From an uncultured Spirochaetota bacterium (GTDB taxonomy: Bacteria > Spirochaetota > Spirochaetia > SZUA-6 > Fen-1364), in assembly GCA_963845535.1 (NCBI GenBank), contig CAWJSK010000001.1, positions 64,001-128,000 on the forward strand: a stretch of DNA of 64,000 nt, read 5' to 3'. Below are positions 21,613 to 34,874 of this stretch, in pieces. A model generated the notes under the pieces. That model was not told where the DNA came from. It ran no database searches and saw nothing but the letters and a program-made list of their open reading frames with translations. The position numbers and the translations under genes are program-made. Positions within the stretch are counted from its first letter, which is position 1, and each line of letters begins with the position of its first letter.

Positions 21613-23355
21613 ATGCAGGACGTTCGACAGGACCATTTGTTCAGGGTGCGCCACTCGTTTTCCCACGTGATGGCGGAGGCAGTGCGTGAGCTTTTTCCTG
21701 ACGCAAAGCTCGCTATTGGGCCGGCCATCGATGACGGCTTCTACTACGATTTCGACCTCCCCCGCGCGCTTACCGGGGAGGACCTCGCTGTCCTGGAAGA
21801 GAAGATGCGGGCCATCGTGGCCGGCAAGCACCCTTTCACGAAGAAGGTGATCTCCCGCGCGGAGGCCAGGAAGCTTTTCGGCGGGCAGCCATACAAGCTC
21901 GAGCTCATTGAGGAGCTTCCCGAAGGGGAGGAGATCTCCACCTATACGCAGGACACTTTCACGGACCTCTGCCGGGGTCCTCACGTGGAGAATACCACTG
22001 AACTGCGGCCGGACGCCTTCAAGCTCACGACGATTGCCGGCGCTTACTGGCGCGGGGATGAGAAGAACAAGATGCTGCAGCGCATCTACGGCACGGCGTG
22101 GGATTCGAAGGCGGAGCTGGCCGAGCATCTGAAAAAGCTGGAAGAGATCGAGAAGAGGGACCACCGGCGGCTGGGTCGGGAGCTGGATCTCTTCTCCGTG
22201 CATGAAGAAGCCGGCGCGGGTCTCATCTACTGGCACCCCAAGGGCGCGCGGGTGCGCCTTGCAATAGAAGATTTCTGGCGCAGCGAACATTTGAAAAACG
22301 GCTATGAGCTTCTCTATACGCCGCACATCGGCAAGTCATGGCTCTGGGAGACGTCGGGGCACCTCGGGTTCTACAAGCAGAACATGTACGCGCCGCTTTC
22401 CATAGACGACGTTGACTACTACATCAAGCCGATGAACTGTCCGTTCCACCTCATGATCTACAAGAACCAGCAACGGTCGTACCGCGACCTTCCGCTGCGG
22501 TGGGCTGAGCTGGGAACGGTGTACCGCTACGAGCGCTCCGGCGTGCTGCATGGTCTTCTTCGCGTTCGGGGATTCACCCAGGATGATGCGCACATCATCT
22601 GCACCCCCGAGCAGATCGATGATGAGATCCTGGAAGTGCTCAGGTTCTCTCTCAAGATCTGGAAGGCGTTCGGCTTCACCGACATCAAGGCGTACCTTGC
22701 CACAAAGCCCGCTGACGGGATTGGTGACGACGCGACGTGGGAAAAAGCCATCGCCGTCCTGAAGCGTGCCGCTGAGAAGGAGAACCTCGACGTCGTGATG
22801 GACGAAGGGGGAGGGGCGTTTTACGGCCCCAAGATCGACCTCAAGATCAAGGATGCTCTGGGCCGCGAGTGGCAGATGACGACGATCCAGTTCGACTGGA
22901 ACGAGCCGGAACGGTTCGGGATCACCTACGTTGCCTCGGACAACACGCAGAAACGGCCGTTCATGGTCCATAGGGCGCTCCTTGGCTCGCTGGAGAGGTT
23001 CTTCGGCGTGCTGGTGGAGCATTACGGCGGCGCGTTCCCGGCATGGCTTGCTCCGGTGCAGGTCATGGCAATTCCGGTGGCGCCCGGGTTCGCCCCGTAC
23101 GCCCAGGAGGTGGTGAAGACGCTTCAGAGGCACGGAGTGCGGGCTGAGGTGGACGCGGGTGACGAGCGGATGAACGCAAAGATCCGCAAGGCCCAGAACC
23201 AGAAGATACCGTTCATGCTCATCCTCGGAGAGAAGGAGCAGACGGGAAAGGCCGTTTCCGTGCGCGCCCGCTCGGGAGAGCAGAAGAACCTGATTCCTCT
23301 TGCGGACTTCCTTGCCCAGATCATTGAAGAGGTAAAGCCGAAAACCCTGGATTAG
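21613..23355 (+). CDS. thrS: Threonine--tRNA ligase (short form without TGS domain)
   Basis: RHSFSH, DLCRGPH, RDHR, KPMNCP, RVRGFTQDDAH, FYGPKID. Confidence 0.98.
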   Translation: MQDVRQDHLFRVRHSFSHVMAEAVRELFPDAKLAIGPAIDDGFYYDFDLPRALTGEDLAVLEEKMRAIVAGKHPFTKKVISRAEARKLFGGQPYKLELIEELPEGEEISTYTQDTFTDLCRGPHVENTTELRPDAFKLTTIAGAYWRGDEKNKMLQRIYGTAWDSKAELAEHLKKLEEIEKRDHRRLGRELDLFSVHEEAGAGLIYWHPKGARVRLAIEDFWRSEHLKNGYELLYTPHIGKSWLWETSGHLGFYKQNMYAPLSIDDVDYYIKPMNCPFHLMIYKNQQRSYRDLPLRWAELGTVYRYERSGVLHGLLRVRGFTQDDAHIICTPEQIDDEILEVLRFSLKIWKAFGFTDIKAYLATKPADGIGDDATWEKAIAVLKRAAEKENLDVVMDEGGGAFYGPKIDLKIKDALGREWQMTTIQFDWNEPERFGITYVASDNTQKRPFMVHRALLGSLERFFGVLVEHYGGAFPAWLAPVQVMAIPVAPGFAPYAQEVVKTLQRHGVRAEVDAGDERMNAKIRKAQNQKIPFMLILGEKEQTGKAVSVRARSGEQKNLIPLADFLAQIIEEVKPKTLD

Positions 23356-23371
23356 GATCCTCGGGAGGGGA

Positions 23372-24703
23372 ATGGCCGACATGATCATCAAACGGGACGG
23401 CCGTGCCGTCCCGTTCGACAAGGAAAAGATCACCTCCGCCGTCTACCGCGCGGCCGTCGCCTGCGGCGGAAAGGACAGGAAGGAGTCTGAACGAATCACG
23501 GAGAACGTGCTGGCCATGCTTTCTGCCCGCCGGGAGGCGCGCACCTTCCCCACGGTGGAGGAAGTCCAGGACCTCGTGGAGAAGGCGCTCATCGAGCGCG
23601 GACACGCCCGAACGGCCAAAGCCTACATCGTTTACCGCTATGAGCACGCCCTCAAGCGCGCGGGACGAGAAAGCCTCACGTACTCGTCGGAGAACATCCC
23701 CTACCGCAAGCTTTGGGAGGCGCTGAGCTGGGCAATCGATCAGGGGTGCGTGAGCCTGTCCGAGCTTTCCGCGCTGATCGACGCTGGCAGGTACCGCGAC
23801 CTGGTGGGAGCCTCCGACGCGTTTTATGAGCGTGAGCTTGCCTATGCCGCTCAGAGGATCCTGGATCGACGGGAGGAGCTTCGCGTTGTCATCATTGCAG
23901 GCCCATCCTCCTCGGGGAAAACAACCACGACAATCAGTATCCGGGAGAAGCTGGCCGCCGCGGGGATCGCAACCGTCCCCCTGACGGTAGACAACTACTT
24001 CTTCGACCTGGAAGACCACCCGAAGATCGGCGGGGATGACTACGATTTCGAGACCCCCCAAGCCCTCGACCTCGCGTTGATCGACGCCCACGTGGGCGCG
24101 CTCGTGGCCGGGGAGCCAGTGGAGGTGCCGCTGTACAACTTCAAGACCGGCCGGCGGGAGGGGACATCCGGGGTTCTTCGCCTGGGAGGGAATGAGATCC
24201 TCCTCATCGATTCGCTGCACGGTCTTTTCCCCGAGATGACACGGGGCGTCGGGGAGGAAAAGAAGTTCCGGCTGTACACCGAGACGCTTTCCCAGGTCAG
24301 GGATCGGGAGGGCCGCTATGTGCGGTGGGCGGACGTGCGAATGCTCCGCAGGGTCGTGCGGGATTCCCAGTTTCGCAATTACACCCATTGGCAGACCGTC
24401 CGTCACTGGCACCTCGTGCGCCGCGCCGAGCTGCGCTACATCGTTCCGCAGCTTCGCAGGGCCCACGTGATCGTCAACAGTTATCTTCCCTATGAATTGC
24501 CGATCATGAAAGCGAGGGTCGGTCCGAGCCTTCCCGCGCTCATCGAGGAGTTCTCGAAGGACCCCGCGCGGCAGGACGCCCATGAGCGCGCCGTCCGGGT
24601 GAAGGCGCTTTTCGACCAGATCCCCGCGGTGGAAGATGAAAGCCTGGTTCCGCCGAGCTCGCTTCTGCGCGAGTTCATAGGCGGAAGCATTCTCCCGTAC
24701 TGA
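23372..24703 (+). CDS. ATP-cone domain fused to a uridine kinase/PRK-like P-loop domain
   Basis: IIKRDGRAVPFDKEKI...VEEVQDLVEKALI...YIVYR; Walker A GPSSSGKTT; DNYF, YDFE. Confidence 0.85.
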   Translation: MADMIIKRDGRAVPFDKEKITSAVYRAAVACGGKDRKESERITENVLAMLSARREARTFPTVEEVQDLVEKALIERGHARTAKAYIVYRYEHALKRAGRESLTYSSENIPYRKLWEALSWAIDQGCVSLSELSALIDAGRYRDLVGASDAFYERELAYAAQRILDRREELRVVIIAGPSSSGKTTTTISIREKLAAAGIATVPLTVDNYFFDLEDHPKIGGDDYDFETPQALDLALIDAHVGALVAGEPVEVPLYNFKTGRREGTSGVLRLGGNEILLIDSLHGLFPEMTRGVGEEKKFRLYTETLSQVRDREGRYVRWADVRMLRRVVRDSQFRNYTHWQTVRHWHLVRRAELRYIVPQLRRAHVIVNSYLPYELPIMKARVGPSLPALIEEFSKDPARQDAHERAVRVKALFDQIPAVEDESLVPPSSLLREFIGGSILPY

Positions 24704-24730
24704 TTCGTGGCCATGGTTGCACCACCTGGG

Positions 24731-25552
24731 ATGAATACGATATTGACGAGCCCCGTGCTTTGGCTCGCTCTGGCCGGCATTTTTGCCGGCGCCGCGGTCA
24801 GCCGCGCGAGCGTCCGCACGCGGCATCGCCGAAACCCCGAGCGCGCTCGTACGGTGAAATGGGTGCTGTTCTGCATCTACCTCTCCGTGGGGATTATTCT
24901 GGCCGTAGTCGCCGTCTTCGTTTCCGGGCCTGGTGGAATTGCGGACCCGAGGCTCGGCATTGCCGCCGGAATCGCGGCGGCGCTCTCCTTCGGCGCCACG
25001 AGATTCAAGAAAGCGCTGGGAATCCCGGTCCTCGTCCTCATCATTGCCTGCGCGGTGCTCGTTGGGCTCTTTCTTCAGAGCATCAAGGCTTTCACGGGTG
25101 AGACGGTCATTGCCGCGGTGCGCGTGATCAGCGCGGACGGCGGCTCGATGCGGCTGGAGCTGATTCCCCGTGACGCCGAACCGGTTCTTCTCACTCTGGA
25201 AGGGGATTATTTCGCGCCCATCGTGAAGGTCGTGATCTTCGACGACATGCTGGTCTTTTTGGGCGCGAAAACGTGGTACCGGTTCGAGGGAATGACGTCA
25301 TTCAGGCTCATCAAGGATGATACGGGGTACCGGTTCCGCCAGGGTTCGACGGATTTCTATTTTCATCACGCTCCCGGGATTTCGGAGGATCTGTGGCACT
25401 TTTTCGAGGCAAACGAAAAAGGGATTCCAGGGGTGAAGACCGCGCAAGTGGAAATGGACCTGAAGAGACCGGATGCGCAAGCCCGCGAGTTCGCCACGTA
25501 TGACATCGTGGTTCGCAACAACGGGGGCGTCGAGATCATCCCTCGCTCATGA
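24731..25552 (+). CDS. Hypothetical membrane protein (4 N-terminal TM segments plus soluble domain)
   Basis: Hydrophobic segments; start uncertain (24707-24731). Confidence 0.7.
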   Translation: MNTILTSPVLWLALAGIFAGAAVSRASVRTRHRRNPERARTVKWVLFCIYLSVGIILAVVAVFVSGPGGIADPRLGIAAGIAAALSFGATRFKKALGIPVLVLIIACAVLVGLFLQSIKAFTGETVIAAVRVISADGGSMRLELIPRDAEPVLLTLEGDYFAPIVKVVIFDDMLVFLGAKTWYRFEGMTSFRLIKDDTGYRFRQGSTDFYFHHAPGISEDLWHFFEANEKGIPGVKTAQVEMDLKRPDAQAREFATYDIVVRNNGGVEIIPRS

Positions 25553-26410
25553 AGCGCCTTTGGCCCTGCCGCCCCGTGTGCGGCCGCCGCCGGCGCTGCT
25601 CTGCGTTCTGCCCGTGTCTTTCGGCCTTGGCGGGACCTCCGCGAACCTCCGCCTGAGATAGATCCCCTTGTCGGCCACGGAGGCGACGATAATCGCGGCA
25701 ACCACCCATTCAATGACGGTGACCACCAGGCGGTCGCCAATCACAGGGACCCGGAAAAGCTGGGCAAGCTCCAGGACGTAGAGCACCATGGTGGCGAATA
25801 TGGACGCCTTCCCGAGGAACGTGGCCACCGGATTCGCTTTCCCTTCGCGGAGAGCCAGCATGGCCATGCCGAATGCGAACAGGACGAGCCGCGCGACGAT
25901 CAGGACGAAGAACCAGGTCGGGATGAGGCTGTAATAGAGGAAGATGATCGACACGGCGACGATCATCAGGTAGTCACTCGTGGAATCCAGATACCGTCCC
26001 ACAAACGTCACCTGGTGCCTCCTCCGCGCCACGATCCCGTCCGCGAAATCCGTCGCGAAAACGAGGCAGGCGAAAGGCAGGAGGATGGGCACAAGGAAGA
26101 AGGAAGAGGCCTGGACGATGAGGAACAGGAGCGTGGGGATGGAGCTCAATCGCGCGAAGGTGAGCGAGTTCGAGAGGTTCACCCGGGGAAGCGGAGCCTC
26201 CATGCCCTCGACGTGGAAGTCCGTCTTGCGGGACAGGAGGAACGCCGTCAGGGACCCATGGTAGAGGAGCATGATTGCCAGGTACAGGAAGAACCTCGGC
26301 CATGCCATGCGATACGAGGCGAAGACGATCGTGAGCAGAGTGATTTGGCCGGCGCAGAAGATGACTCCGTGAAGGACGATGCTTCGCTCGAGGGTCCTGC
26401 TGTCTGGCAC
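25547..26410 (-). CDS. CDP-alcohol phosphatidyltransferase family protein
   Basis: NSLTFARL, DFADGIVARR...GRYLDSTSD. Confidence 0.88.
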   Translation of the reverse strand: MPDSRTLERSIVLHGVIFCAGQITLLTIVFASYRMAWPRFFLYLAIMLLYHGSLTAFLLSRKTDFHVEGMEAPLPRVNLSNSLTFARLSSIPTLLFLIVQASSFFLVPILLPFACLVFATDFADGIVARRRHQVTFVGRYLDSTSDYLMIVAVSIIFLYYSLIPTWFFVLIVARLVLFAFGMAMLALREGKANPVATFLGKASIFATMVLYVLELAQLFRVPVIGDRLVVTVIEWVVAAIIVASVADKGIYLRRRFAEVPPRPKDTGRTQSSAGGGRTRGGRAKGAS

Positions 26411-26448
26411 ACCGCGAATCTATGGGGCTTGTCGCCTCCTGTCAAGTG

Positions 26449-26538
26449 AACCGAAAGATTATGCCAACCGAAAGATCGGCGAAAGCGGTGCACGGCGAAA
26501 GCGGTGCACGGCGGATGCGGTGCAGCGGATGCGGTGCA
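26449..26538. repeat. Short tandem repeats between divergent promoters
   Basis: AACCGAAAGAT x2 (26449, 26466); (CG)GCG(A/G)A(A/T)GCGGTGCA x4 (26477-26538). Confidence 0.8.
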
Positions 26539-26573
26539 GTTGACGAAAGGCCGTGGCGCACTATGATGCAGCC

Positions 26574-27149
26574 ATGACTCTGCCCATGACCCTTACTGTG
26601 GGACGGATCGTCCTGGCGCCTCTGTTGTTCCTTCTTTTTCGGCTTTCCTCAGCCGGCAGGCTGGGGCTGGTCATCGCGGTCTGGGTGGTTTTCCTTGTGA
26701 TCGAGGCCTCAGACCTTCTGGACGGCCACCTGGCGCGCCTGTGGCATCAGGAGTCGGAATTGGGTAAAGTCCTTGATCCGCTCGCTGATACCTTGTGCAG
26801 GCTGACGTACTTCATCCTTCTTGCGGCGGCCGGCATTCTCCCCCTGTGGATGCTCCTTGTTTTCATGTATCGGGACTTCGCCGTTGCCTACATCAGGGTC
26901 CTGGTGTCGCGGCAAGGCGTGATGCTGGCGGCAAGGATCACCGGGAAGCTCAAGGCGTGGACCTATGCAATTGCCGCAGGTGGAGGTTTTATGGTCTTTT
27001 CTCTCAGGACGCTGGGGGCGCCTTCCGAGTGGGTTGGGGGTTTCCGCTGGCTGTCCTTAGGGCTTTTTGTTATCGCCGTTGGCGTTGCCGTCTGGTCTTT
27101 CACCGATTACGCCGTGTTTTTTATGAAGAATTTCAGGAAAACTAGTTGA
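26574..27149 (+). CDS. pgsA: CDP-diacylglycerol--glycerol-3-phosphate 3-phosphatidyltransferase
   Basis: PMTLTVGRI, DLLDGHLAR...GKVLDPLAD, GKLKA. Confidence 0.85.
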   Translation: MTLPMTLTVGRIVLAPLLFLLFRLSSAGRLGLVIAVWVVFLVIEASDLLDGHLARLWHQESELGKVLDPLADTLCRLTYFILLAAAGILPLWMLLVFMYRDFAVAYIRVLVSRQGVMLAARITGKLKAWTYAIAAGGGFMVFSLRTLGAPSEWVGGFRWLSLGLFVIAVGVAVWSFTDYAVFFMKNFRKTS

Positions 27150-27175
27150 CATATTTGCGGGTGAGTTGATATATT
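27146..27175 (+). promoter_or_regulatory. Putative rRNA operon promoter
   Basis: TTGACA (overlapping the pgsA stop), 18 bp, TATATT, with AT-rich upstream sequence. Confidence 0.6.
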
Positions 27176-27482
27176 CTCATCTGCCTCAAGGGTAGTACTA
27201 ACCTCTGATCAAGTTCTGAGGGGGAAAGTATCGTCTCTGGGGCAACGTGCGTGAGGAGGCCAAGCGGCCTCCGGAACGCAAAAACTCGTGGGAAACCGCG
27301 GGGCAGTCGACAAGCACTTCGTGCTTATCGACCTACGGATCTTTGACAGTTAAGGGAAGGGGAGAAAGAGGTCAGCAACTCTCGTGCTTTCGGGCATGGG
27401 AGATGTGAGAGCGGGTCAAGCACGTGCTTAGGCATGTGTGAAATAGATGGATAAAAGACGCTCCCGCAAGGGAGTGTTGTAT

Positions 27483-29032
<1,550 letters not shown>

Positions 29033-29166
29033 GAGATAGCGATTTCGCTCACGCGAAATCGCGGAACTGATCGCTCTCCCTCTACTCTCCTCCCTTTTCT
29101 GCATATACGCCGGATACTTTTAGTTTTCGGCTCTTAAGCCGTCTACACTGGGCGGTTGCAAAGCAC

Positions 29167-29239
29167 GGGGGTATAGCTCAGTGGCTAGAGCGGTGGCTTT
29201 GCAAGCCATAGGTCTGGGGTTCAAGTCCCCATACCTCCA
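29167..29239 (+). tRNA. tRNA-Ala(TGC), CCA not encoded
   Basis: Acceptor GGGGGTA/TACCTCC with G3:U70, anticodon loop TTTGCAA, T loop TTCAAGT. Confidence 0.96.
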
Positions 29240-29503
29240 GGCGGACGAGTGCTGCTGAAAGCAGCACAGGGTCGACAACCTTCGCCTTATCACCTAGGGA
29301 TCTTTGACAACATTAGGGAAGGAAGAACGAAGAGGCGCGTAGTCTGTCCATGTGGCACCGGAAAGACGAAGCGCGAGCGAGCGGGGAGGTCTGCCTGAGG
29401 ACTGAGCCGCGAGCGAACATGTCTGCGCAGGACGGACCTCACACCTGCCGCGATACCGCACTAGGCGCTCGCTTGCCATATCGTTCGCGATAAGGGAAAA
29501 TAT

Positions 29504-32504
<3,001 letters not shown>

Positions 32505-32686
32505 ATATTTTCCCCTCCACTTCGCTATTCGCGAAGTGGGGAGGGCTTTGAGCGTGACGCCTAGCGCAGTACTCTGCGCGGAGTCCAGCGCTCGAAGCCC
32601 AAAACGCTAATCGCTTTTCCTCTTCGTTCTTCCCACCGTCTCCCCCCTGTGTGGGGTTGGTGGGGTTCTTTCCCTAAGTGAAGTTT

Positions 32687-32801
<115 letters not shown>

Positions 32802-32819
32802 TTTTTTTTGCCTCAAAAC

Positions 32820-33023
32820 GACCGCACCTTGTTGGATAATCCGGAGCAGGGACGGACTTATCGAGACGTTTCTATTCTGTGGACGGGCCGCGTCAACTTC
32901 AAGATTGTCCGCGACAGGTTAGCCTCCGTCGCCCCTGCTGGCGAAGCTTTTCAGTTCAGGCGCGAGTTCGAGATGTACCAGGAGGAGGCAAAGGCGAAGC
33001 ACCGGGGGATCTGGGGAAGATAG
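32820..33023 (+). pseudogene. C-terminal remnant of a thermonuclease (SNase-like) gene
   Basis: GRT...VNFKIVRDRLA...QEEAKAKHRGIW resembles the SNase C-terminal helix and GLW motif; no N-terminus or start. Confidence 0.5.
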
Positions 33024-33456
33024 CTATCCCCTCACACGCGTGGGTCTTTTCCAACAGCCGGGAGGCCTGCGCGCAGTCATCGACAAAGGCACACAGCCCT
33101 TTTTCACTTTCCGTGAAATCACTGATGAACGCAGAGAGATCATCCACGAGGTCCTGCCCCTTGTCCACGAGGGTCCGCGCGTTGCGGCCGCACATACCGC
33201 AAAGCTCTGCAATTGCGTCAAGGGGAACATCTCCTGAGGCCCGGGAAAACGCAGCTCGAGCATCTCGGAAACCCTGCGCGATCTCGGCGACGCCACAGCG
33301 GATCTGCCGGCATTTCTCTTCGAGGTCGGTGACTCTTCTTTCAAACTGCTTGAGCTCCCGTGAAAGGATCTCGACGAGCCGTTCGGAGTCCAGCGGTGCT
33401 GCCATTTCTTTCTGCTCCAACCTTGACCGCCATGACACGGCCATGAAGCAGAGCAC
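32956..33456 (-). CDS. Hypothetical helical/coiled-coil protein
   Basis: Heptad-like composition; start uncertain. Confidence 0.45.
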   Translation of the reverse strand: MLCFMAVSWRSRLEQKEMAAPLDSERLVEILSRELKQFERRVTDLEEKCRQIRCGVAEIAQGFRDARAAFSRASGDVPLDAIAELCGMCGRNARTLVDKGQDLVDDLSAFISDFTESEKGLCAFVDDCAQASRLLEKTHACEGIAIFPRSPGASPLPPPGTSRTRA

Positions 33457-33639
33457 TTGTTGCTAACCGGATAGTATACGCAGAGGGAAAAATCCGCAAC
33501 TGAAAAAAGAATTTTGAGCCATCTGCGTAGTCGCTACCATCCGATGGCCGTTTTTCCGTGGAATTGGCCCCGTTTTCGGAAAAAGATGCCCCTCGCGGTC
33601 GATATCGTGCTACGACGGAGTCGCAACAAAAACCGTGCA

Positions 33640-33860
33640 CAAGACCTGGGAGGGGCGCCATCGTTGATGAAAAAGCTGGAACAGGAACGCGATCAGGGCG
33701 GAGACGACTATCCGATCCGCTGGATGTGGAACGCGCTGGTCTCCGGGGTCGTCTTCCAACATCCGACGGTGGAGGCGCCGCTGCGGGAATTGAGGCGCAG
33801 CGGCCAGTTGCGCCAAGTTTGCGGCTTTGATGTGGCCAAGGGGCTGGGAGCAGTTTGCCC
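33640..33860 (+). mobile_element. Transposase N-terminal fragment (DUF772-type, IS5/IS1182-like)
   Basis: LMKKLEQERDQGGDDYPIRWMWNALVSGVVFQHPTVE..LRELRRSGQLRQVCGF; no DDE domain follows. Confidence 0.7.
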
Positions 33861-33930
33861 GCAGCATGAGAACAAGGGCCGACGGGTCCCGAGACGCGGC
33901 ACAGCGCAAAATCCTCATTTTTCGAATTTC

Positions 33931-33959
33931 TTGACAGCGCTTCGGTGCGGATTTATACT
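33931..33959 (+). promoter_or_regulatory. Near-consensus sigma70 promoter of the hydrogenase operon
   Basis: TTGACA, 17 bp, TATACT. Confidence 0.75.
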
Positions 33960-34065
33960 GAGGCTTCGATAATGTGCTCGCGTGTGCTGGAGTAAGTCAG
34001 TCACCTCGTTCCAACAACAGCTAACCCCGCCGCGAATCTGAAGTTCAACAGAAGAGGGTTATTGT

Positions 34066-34563
34066 ATGGCCGTACAGGCACTCGTGCTGGCCAGCATGCT
34101 CCTCTGCGCCGTCCAGGCTATCAGGTCTGATCGACTTCTGGTCTCCGCGCTCTGGCTCGCGGGCTGCAGCGCCCTCCTGGGATTGACGCTCGCCCTGCTC
34201 GGCGCCCCGGAGGTGGGGGTCATAGAGCTCTCCGTCGGAGCAGGGCTGGTAACTGTCATATTCGTCTTTGCCATCAGCATAGCGGGGGAAGAGCCCGCGT
34301 CATACCGCAGCCTTGTCCCGCGCTGGCTTGCCCGTGTGCTCATGGGTCTTTTTCTCTTCCTTCTGGTTTTCCTTGCCGTGCCGCGCGCTCTCTCGCCGGT
34401 CCTGGCCCCGCAGTCCTTGTCCGTTGTTCGGGCAATCTGGGAGGTCCGCGCCCTGGACACCCTGTTGCAGGTAACCCTCATCTTCTGCGGAGTGCTCGGC
34501 TCACTGGGACTGCTGGCAGAGCCGCGCGCGTCTGCCTCTGTGGCAAAAGGGGGCGCACAGTGA
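34066..34563 (+). CDS. Membrane-bound hydrogenase subunit, NuoJ/MbhD (DUF4040)-like
   Basis: Hydrophobic; APEVGVIELSVGAGL, RALDTLLQ. Confidence 0.78.
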   Translation: MAVQALVLASMLLCAVQAIRSDRLLVSALWLAGCSALLGLTLALLGAPEVGVIELSVGAGLVTVIFVFAISIAGEEPASYRSLVPRWLARVLMGLFLFLLVFLAVPRALSPVLAPQSLSVVRAIWEVRALDTLLQVTLIFCGVLGSLGLLAEPRASASVAKGGAQ

Positions 34564-34874
34564 GCGGAATTTCAGTCTGGAGCATCTCCCTGGTCGCCGT
34601 CTTCGCCCTTGTCATGATAGGGATCTACGGCCTTTTGATCCTGCGCAACCTGATCAAGATCGTCGTTTCGCTTCAGGTATTCGCCAAGGGCACCATCCTT
34701 GTCATGGTGGTTGCCGGTGGCATGCAGGGGCAGCCTGCCGTGGGGTCCAGCCTTGCCGTCACCGTCATCGTGGCAGACACCGTGGTGACCGTGATCGCGT
34801 TGGCGCTTGCCATCCAGGTGCGCCGCTACTGCGGCACCCTGGATTCCCGCGCCATCTCGAGCTTGAAGAGATGA
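34560..34874 (+). CDS. NuoK/MnhC-like subunit
   Basis: GIYGLLILRNLIKIVVSL; 3 TM segments. Confidence 0.85.
   Translation: MSGISVWSISLVAVFALVMIGIYGLLILRNLIKIVVSLQVFAKGTILVMVVAGGMQGQPAVGSSLAVTVIVADTVVTVIALALAIQVRRYCGTLDSRAISSLKR

Noticed and set aside
23372..24703. Ribonucleotide reductase or NrdR
   Set aside because: The ATP-cone is followed by a P-loop kinase domain, with no RNR catalytic motifs or zinc ribbon
23321..24826. Long antisense ORFs (also 57723-59510, 9486-10694, 47236-48414)
   Set aside because: Shadow frames of high-GC genes with no recognisable motifs
26449..26538. Possible mini CRISPR array
   Set aside because: Repeats are 11-16 bp and essentially contiguous, with no unique spacers and no cas genes
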